From: Spirochaetia bacterium
Lineage (GTDB): Bacteria > Spirochaetota > Spirochaetia > DSM-2461
DNA: 64,000 nucleotides
Direction: 5' to 3'
Assembly: GCA_963668315.1 (NCBI GenBank)
Contig: OY764216.1
Coordinates: 2,240,001-2,304,000 of the forward strand
How positions within the stretch are numbered: the stretch's first letter is position 1; every line of letters starts with the position of its first letter. The notes under the pieces were generated by a model. The model saw nothing but the letters and a program-made list of their open reading frames with translations, was not told the DNA's origin and ran no database searches. Of this stretch, positions 57,927 to 64,000 are shown one piece after another. Both the position numbers and the translations under genes were made by a program.

Positions 57927-58616
57927 TTAAAGTATAGCGAAAACTTTCCAGCCCCTGTCGGCTTTCTTGAAGTAGAAGTTCTGGATGTCATTCCAGAAAA
58001 TCACCAGCTCCAGAGGTGTGTTCTCAGAATTGATATTGGCTTTGACTTCCAGGATGATGACGTCCTTTGAATTGTCGGAGTAGCTGAAGCTTAAGTTTTC
58101 CATATCGTAAAGATCGCTTGAATCGTAGATCGTCAGATCATAGGCGGAGAAAATATAGTCCAGGTCCTCTTCTATTTTGTCCCGGGGAACTCCCGAGAGA
58201 TATCCGTCCATCGCCAGAGGCTCGTCCAGAAGGGAAAGTACCTTTTCCTTGTTTTCGGCGAGAAGAGCCCTCACCAGTTTCCGGAAATAATAACCCACGG
58301 CCTTCTGATCCTCTTCTGAAACCATGCTGACCTGGGGTGTGTCCTCGGCCAGCGCGGCTTCTCTGACCGCCGTCTGTCTCGCCCGGGCGGCTTCGGAAAG
58401 ATCGGCTATCTGATTTCTGAGAATTTCGGCGGTTTCCTCGTAGGCTGCTCCCCGTTCCTCTTCTCCGTTAAGAGCAAAATGCTCCCCCACGGCCTGATAA
58501 GCTTCGGCCAGAGCCAGTTTCTGAGCGTCATTCAAACCTTCGAAACGGTCCTCTACAGCACTTAGGGTTAAGACAAACCCTATGAGAAGGGGTAAGGTTA
58601 AAAGCAGTTTCTTCAT
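57927..58616 (-). CDS. hypothetical exported protein
   Basis: GGAGG RBS before ATG 58616; signal peptide MKKLLLTLPLLIGF; C-terminal domain ending GWKVFAIL. Confidence 0.75.
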   Translation of the reverse strand: MKKLLLTLPLLIGFVLTLSAVEDRFEGLNDAQKLALAEAYQAVGEHFALNGEEERGAAYEETAEILRNQIADLSEAARARQTAVREAALAEDTPQVSMVSEEDQKAVGYYFRKLVRALLAENKEKVLSLLDEPLAMDGYLSGVPRDKIEEDLDYIFSAYDLTIYDSSDLYDMENLSFSYSDNSKDVIILEVKANINSENTPLELVIFWNDIQNFYFKKADRGWKVFAIL

Positions 58617-58744
58617 GATTACCTCCAAATTGTGAAGCGCCTCTGCCCCTTCATTAGGAGAGGGACGGTTCAACATTACTATAAAGGATATCACGTTTTC
58701 TGTCCATTGACAAAGATTCAATAATAAATAATATGATAGTCGCC

Positions 58745-59827
58745 ATGGGCAGAATAGTAGTAAAGATCGGAACGAATACATTAACCGGGGAAAAGGGGAT
58801 AGACAAGGAGTATCTTGACCTTCTTGCCGACCAGGTAGAGGAACTCAGAAGTAAAGGGCATCAGGTGATGATTGTCACCTCCGGAGCCATCGGTGCGGGC
58901 TCCCGCCGCATGGGGGTCAAAAAGAAGGTTCGGAAAATCGAGTACCGCCAGGCCTATGCCGCCATCGGCCAGCCCCTTCTCATGCACAGCTACCAGAAGG
59001 CTTTCCAGCTGAGGAATATTCCTATTGCACAGATTCTCGTCACCAGACAGATCTTCAACAACCGGGAGTATTACCTGAATGTGAGGAATTCGGTGGATAC
59101 CCTCCTCAAGATGGATGTGGTTCCCATCTTCAATGAGAATGATTCCATATCCACAAGCGAAATCGGCCCCGTTTTTGGTGATAACGACTCACTCAGCGCC
59201 CATGTGGCCAGCAAACTTGATGCGGATCAGCTCATCATACTCAGTGATATCGACGGCCTTTACGATAAAAACCCCCGTGAATTCGAAGACGCCCGCCTTA
59301 TTCCCCTCGTGGAGCATCTTACCGATGATATCATGGCCATGGCGGGAGAGGGCGGATCGGAATTCTCAACAGGCGGTATGAAAACCAAGCTCGCCGCTGT
59401 GAAAATCGCCTATCGGGCCGGTTGCGAAGTCGTTCTGGCCAATGGCAGGGCCGACCGGATTATCTGCCGCATCATGAACGGCGAAAATATCGGAACCCGC
59501 TTTCTCGCCGGAGAAAAGCTGAACAGCCGCAACCGATGGATCTACAATGCCGAGCCGTCGGGCACGATTTATGTGGATGAGGGGGCCGAAAAGGCGCTTC
59601 TTTCCCATAAGAGTCTTCTTCCCCCGGGTATTACCGGAGTGGACGGTTTCTTCGGTGCCGGAGACGTGGTTTACATCAACCGCCGTTTCAAAGCTGTCAG
59701 CAACCTTTCATCCGATGAAATTCGAATGCTCACGGGGCATCACTCCCGGGATATACCCAAACTTCTGGGGCCGGAAAAACGGGATGACGTGGCCCGACCT
59801 GAAGACATCGTCCTCATCGAAGATTAG
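58745..59827 (+). CDS. proB: glutamate 5-kinase
   Basis: VVKIGT, TSGAIGAG, NEND, GDNDSL, TGGMKTK, PUA-like tail. Confidence 0.96.
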   Translation: MGRIVVKIGTNTLTGEKGIDKEYLDLLADQVEELRSKGHQVMIVTSGAIGAGSRRMGVKKKVRKIEYRQAYAAIGQPLLMHSYQKAFQLRNIPIAQILVTRQIFNNREYYLNVRNSVDTLLKMDVVPIFNENDSISTSEIGPVFGDNDSLSAHVASKLDADQLIILSDIDGLYDKNPREFEDARLIPLVEHLTDDIMAMAGEGGSEFSTGGMKTKLAAVKIAYRAGCEVVLANGRADRIICRIMNGENIGTRFLAGEKLNSRNRWIYNAEPSGTIYVDEGAEKALLSHKSLLPPGITGVDGFFGAGDVVYINRRFKAVSNLSSDEIRMLTGHHSRDIPKLLGPEKRDDVARPEDIVLIED

Positions 59828-60734
59828 CGCGGATCCACTTTTCCGTATTTTCGCGGAAGAGAAGGGGATCGTCCAGTCGCTTCAGTTTCTCCAGTTCCGT
59901 ACCGGGAATTCCGGCAAAGCGTGAAAAGTATGTCCAGAGACCCTTCAGCCGGGCAAAAGATTTGGGTCTGGTTCCCATCTCTTCCGCCAGGTCCCGGTGG
60001 AACTCTATGAACCGGTCACGCTTTTCCTTCACGGGAAGTGAGCCGCCTTTCCTGATCTCTTCCGCCAGAAAGGGATTGTAAAAGACACCCCTTCCGATCA
60101 TGGCCCCTTCCATCATATCCCCCATCTCCCGGGTCAGTGTCTCATAATCGGCGCAGGTGGTAATATCTCCGTTAAAAATCACCGGCTTGCCCCAGACTTC
60201 GGCGCAGCGGGCTATTTCGCTCCAGTCGACCGATCCCGAGTAAAACTGTTCCGCCGTTCTGCCGTGAATAATAAGATCTGTCAGAGGAAAGGAACGCCAC
60301 CGGGTGAGCTGGTTTCTGAGTTCGTCTCTGCCGCTGTAGCCGATTCGGGTCTTAACCGAGAAGGGAAGGGCCGATTCTGCCGAGAGCTCCGTGAGAAGAT
60401 CCAGAAGGGTCTGCGGTTCGGAGAGCAGAGCGGAGCCCTTGTTTTTTCTTATCACCACCGGCGCGGGGCAGCCCAGATTAAGATTGAAACCTTCAAATCC
60501 GTGTTCTCTGAGAAGGCGGGTAAAGGGAATGAGCCGATCGCTTCTCTGTCCCATAAGCTGAGTTATCAGAGGAATGGGGATGGAGCCCCCCTCTCTCTGC
60601 GCCTTAATGGCCTCATCCTCTGAGGAGAGCAGAAAGGGGGCTACCGCTCCGTCAAATCCGGAGAAATGGCTGAAGTAAAAGGAGCGGAAGTGGGCGTCGG
60701 TCAAACCCTTGAGGGGAGCAAAGAGCAATTTCAT
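59814..60734 (-). CDS. tRNA-dihydrouridine synthase family protein
   Basis: APLKGLTD, NLNLGCP, GSALL, SVKTR, HGRT, NGDI, MIGRG. Confidence 0.9.
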   Translation of the reverse strand: MKLLFAPLKGLTDAHFRSFYFSHFSGFDGAVAPFLLSSEDEAIKAQREGGSIPIPLITQLMGQRSDRLIPFTRLLREHGFEGFNLNLGCPAPVVIRKNKGSALLSEPQTLLDLLTELSAESALPFSVKTRIGYSGRDELRNQLTRWRSFPLTDLIIHGRTAEQFYSGSVDWSEIARCAEVWGKPVIFNGDITTCADYETLTREMGDMMEGAMIGRGVFYNPFLAEEIRKGGSLPVKEKRDRFIEFHRDLAEEMGTRPKSFARLKGLWTYFSRFAGIPGTELEKLKRLDDPLLFRENTEKWIRANLR

Positions 60735-60780
60735 GCAGCCAGTATAGTCATTGCCCTTTCCTCTGAAAAGAGCAAACCTC

Positions 60781-61635
60781 TCATAACGGCCCTTCCGCTA
60801 TCTCTTCGAGCAGCTTTTTTACCATCTTGATATTCCGGCCTACCGTGGAAGAGCTGCTACCGGTCAGTTCGGCCACCTGTTCCGCCGTAGGCGTCATCTT
60901 AATACGGGCAATCCGGTCGTTGAGCTTTTCCATTTTGTATTTAAGCTGGGACATCCGTTCGAGAATCTCCTCCCGGTTCTTCTTCTCCTCGGTAATCCGG
61001 AGTTTCATCTCCTGGTATTTACTGTCGATGAAATAGGTCCTCTTCTTCTCCCGGATAGATTCCCGCTTGTCCCTTTTCGAGGCGATCAATTCCTCCGCCT
61101 GTTTAATTTTGCAGAAGAGTTCCTCACGGTTCATCCCAAGATAGTCAGCATAGGTATCTATCATCCTGTAGCTGATATTATCCACATGGTAAAGGATATA
61201 CTCCAGAAACCGTCTTTTGAATCGTTCCCCGGACATCGGGGAGGGCAGATTTTCCTTCCAGCTGCTGTCGGAGGAGTTATAAGCAGGAGAAGGATCATAG
61301 GCGGCTATCAGGTCCTGCTTTCCCGCTGTCTGCCAGTAGAGCTCCTCCCTGCTGTTTGCCCTGGCCCGGTCCGTCTGGAATTTGATCATATGCCATTCCA
61401 GGCAGACCTTCACATAGTGTTCGAAGGGGCACTCGTAATTGCTGTAGTTCCTTACGAGAGCTTCCATGCGGGGAAGAAAGCTGAGCAGAAAATCCGCCGC
61501 CCTGTCTTCGCCCAGATTTTTCTTCCCCAGTCCCCACGAATAGATAAACAGCGAGATCCTTTGTCTTAATTCCAGCCAACCGAGACCCGTATTCTGGTAC
61601 TGCCTGACCAGGCGGGATAGTTCCATTCCGTACAT
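60781..61635 (-). CDS. putative sigma70-like / HTH protein
   Basis: GGAGG RBS; region-2-like N-terminus; C-terminal HTH PTAEQVAELTGSSSSTVGRNI. Confidence 0.5.
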   Translation of the reverse strand: MYGMELSRLVRQYQNTGLGWLELRQRISLFIYSWGLGKKNLGEDRAADFLLSFLPRMEALVRNYSNYECPFEHYVKVCLEWHMIKFQTDRARANSREELYWQTAGKQDLIAAYDPSPAYNSSDSSWKENLPSPMSGERFKRRFLEYILYHVDNISYRMIDTYADYLGMNREELFCKIKQAEELIASKRDKRESIREKKRTYFIDSKYQEMKLRITEEKKNREEILERMSQLKYKMEKLNDRIARIKMTPTAEQVAELTGSSSSTVGRNIKMVKKLLEEIAEGPL

Positions 61636-61790
61636 AACCTTGCCTCCACGGAGTAGGTAAAGCAAGGATCATGCCGGAAAATACCGCTCTGAGAAGGGTT
61701 TTCTGTCGAGAACAAAGAACAAAATGCAACCCTGCGTAGGATGTACTAATATTGTTAACTGTTTTAGGTTATTCGTATATGAAAAAAAAG

Positions 61791-62018
61791 CTACTTTTTG
61801 ATTTCGCTCAGAAAAACCTGGTAGGCGGCAATGGTGGCGCTGATTTCAATCTCTTTTACTTCGCCCCTGCCTCCCCAGTCCTGTCCTTCGTAGATGTAAA
61901 GAGCTTCCAGTTCTTTTTCAATATCTATTATGTCAAAGGAAGGCATTTGACTCTGATTTTCCAGATGGGCGAGAGTTCTTTCGTATATGGTATTATAAAT
62001 TGTATCCAAATCAAACAT
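61791..62018 (-). CDS. small acidic hypothetical protein (75 aa)
   Basis: TTGATC-17-TAAAAT promoter 6 nt before the ATG; helical sequence. Confidence 0.7.
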   Translation of the reverse strand: MFDLDTIYNTIYERTLAHLENQSQMPSFDIIDIEKELEALYIYEGQDWGGRGEVKEIEISATIAAYQVFLSEIKK

Positions 62019-62122
62019 GGCCCCATTTTAGGGGGATCCCGGTCTTTGATCAATCCCGGCTAAACCGGCGGGACTCTTTTTCCGATAATCGAATCGAGAG
62101 GTTTACCGTGAATAGTAGTGAT

Positions 62123-64000
62123 ATGAAAAAGACAACACTGATTATATTGAGTTCCCTGGCCGCCTACCTGGTCCTTTCTCTTATCCTGACCCTTGCCGGA
62201 ATATCGTCGTTTCTGATATCTCCGGGCGCTTTTCTCTACAGCTGTTATCATCTAAGCGGATTTTACATTCCCCTTCTGCTTTTCGCCTTCGCCTGGATGG
62301 TGGGAAAAAGTGTTTTTCCCAAAAGACTGTTCTATTCCCTGGTTTTTTCCCTGGTCCCTTTTTTTACTGCCGCCCTGGCAGAAGGAATCCTTCGGGAAAC
62401 CGGTCCTGTATCCCGGTATTTTCTGGTCTCCTTCGGCCGTCCCATGAGCCTGCTTCTTCTTTCCCTTCTTACGGCGGTGGAGATACTGCTGATCATCAAG
62501 GGGGGAGAATATTTCTTTTCCTCATCGGATGAGGGCGAAGAAAAAAACAGAAAAATCGACCTGAACAAAGTTAAAGAGTATCTGGCCGATACATTCGGAT
62601 TTTCCCGGGAAGAGGAGCATCCCGCGCCCGTGGAAAAGCCGGTTCTGAAAACCAATCTCGAAGGCAGCAGGGACACCATACAGTATGATCCCGAGGCGGA
62701 TGTTGAGTGGGAGGACGTGGACCTTGAGCCCATGAATCAGCCTGAGTTTCCCCCGCCGGCCGACCCGGTTCCCGAAGATCCCAGGGAGACATCCGGCAGT
62801 GACCCTGTACAGGAAATGATCCGCCAGGTTCTGACGGGCCAGAACCGGAAAAGAGAATCTCTTAATGATGTCCCTCCCGAACCGGATGACTTCGTCTCCT
62901 TCCGTCCCTCCCTCTCCGCCGAAGAAGATACGGACGATGAACCGGTCTTTGAAAAGCCCTTCGCTCCCAGTTACCCCATTATGCCTCCTCCTCCCGTCGA
63001 GAAAGAGGAAATAACAGAAGAACAGGAGAGACTGACCCCTCCCGAGTATCCTTCGGACGACGGAATTCTCGAATACTCCGGTTACCGCGAGGAAATTGAT
63101 CCTGCCTATGATTTCCTCTCCTCGGACGAAAGCGAAGAGGAACAGCTGAATCATCTTATTCACGACCTGGATGAAACCCTGTCCGATACGGCAAGGGAGC
63201 TGGAAGAGGAGACCCGTCCCGAATCCATTTCGGACAAGCTGGCACCCCTTGAAGAGGAGGGGACTTTCTCCGATGCCCCCGAACCACCCCGCCCGCGGCG
63301 GAGGACAAGAGGAACCTATAAAGTCCCCGTGGACGGCATCCTCGCCACCTATCCGGATGAAGGAAACAAGGATATCGACGATGAAACTCGCCATGCCGCC
63401 CGGATTCTGGAGGAGACCTTGCGGGAATTCAAGATAGAAGCGGAAGTCACCGGCATCTCCCGGGGACCGGTTATCACCATGTTCGAGCTGCTTCCCGCCC
63501 CCGGTGTCAAACTGAACCGTATTGTGGCCCTTCAGGACAACATCGCCCTGAGGCTGGCCGCTTCCCGCGTCCGTATCGTCGCTCCCATTCCTGGAAAGCA
63601 TGCGGTGGGAATCGAAATCCCCAATAAGAAGCGTTCCATCGTGGCTTTCAGCGACCTGGTCATGTGCCGGGACATGAAAAAAAAGGATACCGCCATACCC
63701 ATCGTCCTGGGGGAGGATATTTCCGGTGACAGTCAGGTTATCGATCTGGCCCGTACGCCCCATCTCCTCATTGCCGGAGCGACGGGAGCGGGTAAATCGG
63801 TCTGCGTGAACTCCCTCATCTGCTCCATCCTCTACCACAGAGACCCGGACGATGTGAAGATGATCCTGGTGGATCCCAAAATCGTCGAGCTTAAGCTCTA
63901 TAACGATATTCCCCATCTGCTGACCCCGGTGATCACCGAGCCCAAACGGGCTTTCCAGGCCATCCAGTGGGCCCTCTACGAGATGGAGAGGCGCTACGCC
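62123..64000 (+). CDS. ftsK: DNA translocase FtsK, partial (runs off window end)
   Basis: Hand-translated from ATG 62123: N-terminal TMs, acidic linker, GPVITMFE, PAPGVK, APIPGK, PHLLIAGATGAGKS, VDPKIVEL, EMERRY. Confidence 0.95.
   Translation, partial: MKKTTLIILSSLAAYLVLSLILTLAGISSFLISPGAFLYSCYHLSGFYIPLLLFAFAWMVGKSVFPKRLFYSLVFSLVPFFTAALAEGILRETGPVSRYFLVSFGRPMSLLLLSLLTAVEILLIIKGGEYFFSSSDEGEEKNRKIDLNKVKEYLADTFGFSREEEHPAPVEKPVLKTNLEGSRDTIQYDPEADVEWEDVDLEPMNQPEFPPPADPVPEDPRETSGSDPVQEMIRQVLTGQNRKRESLNDVPPEPDDFVSFRPSLSAEEDTDDEPVFEKPFAPSYPIMPPPPVEKEEITEEQERLTPPEYPSDDGILEYSGYREEIDPAYDFLSSDESEEEQLNHLIHDLDETLSDTARELEEETRPESISDKLAPLEEEGTFSDAPEPPRPRRRTRGTYKVPVDGILATYPDEGNKDIDDETRHAARILEETLREFKIEAEVTGISRGPVITMFELLPAPGVKLNRIVALQDNIALRLAASRVRIVAPIPGKHAVGIEIPNKKRSIVAFSDLVMCRDMKKKDTAIPIVLGEDISGDSQVIDLARTPHLLIAGATGAGKSVCVNSLICSILYHRDPDDVKMILVDPKIVELKLYNDIPHLLTPVITEPKRAFQAIQWALYEMERRYA

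Overview
64 kb of core chromosome from a moderately GC-rich bacterium, most likely a free-living spirochaete. This is inferred from the gene orders folP-cdaA-cdaR-DUF2225-truA-udg-priA and rpsT-HU-bactofilin-cinA-rho-rpmE. The window holds about 70 CDS, mostly housekeeping, plus two identical tRNA-Asn genes that each have their own promoter and terminator. I found no rRNA, CRISPR array, integrase or transposase. Main observations: (1) a monocistronic 61-aa bacterial histone-fold gene at 42849-43034; (2) at least 11 genes whose ATG lies exactly 6 nt after a TANNNT -10 box, suggesting widespread leaderless mRNAs; (3) two intergenic structured elements with a shared core and a compensatory change (18570-18696, 33843-33945); (4) a candidate sRNA with anti-SD-like loops (17499-17590); (5) an unannotated 56-aa basic Zn-ribbon ORF heading the rpsT operon; (6) Rho with a poly-Asn insertion; (7) a methanogen-type homocysteine synthesis triplet; (8) several enzymes with degenerate catalytic motifs (UDG, GalK, HD-GYP, one MoxR). 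All family assignments come from motif recognition, not database searches. Several start codons were adjusted by hand from the ORF track.
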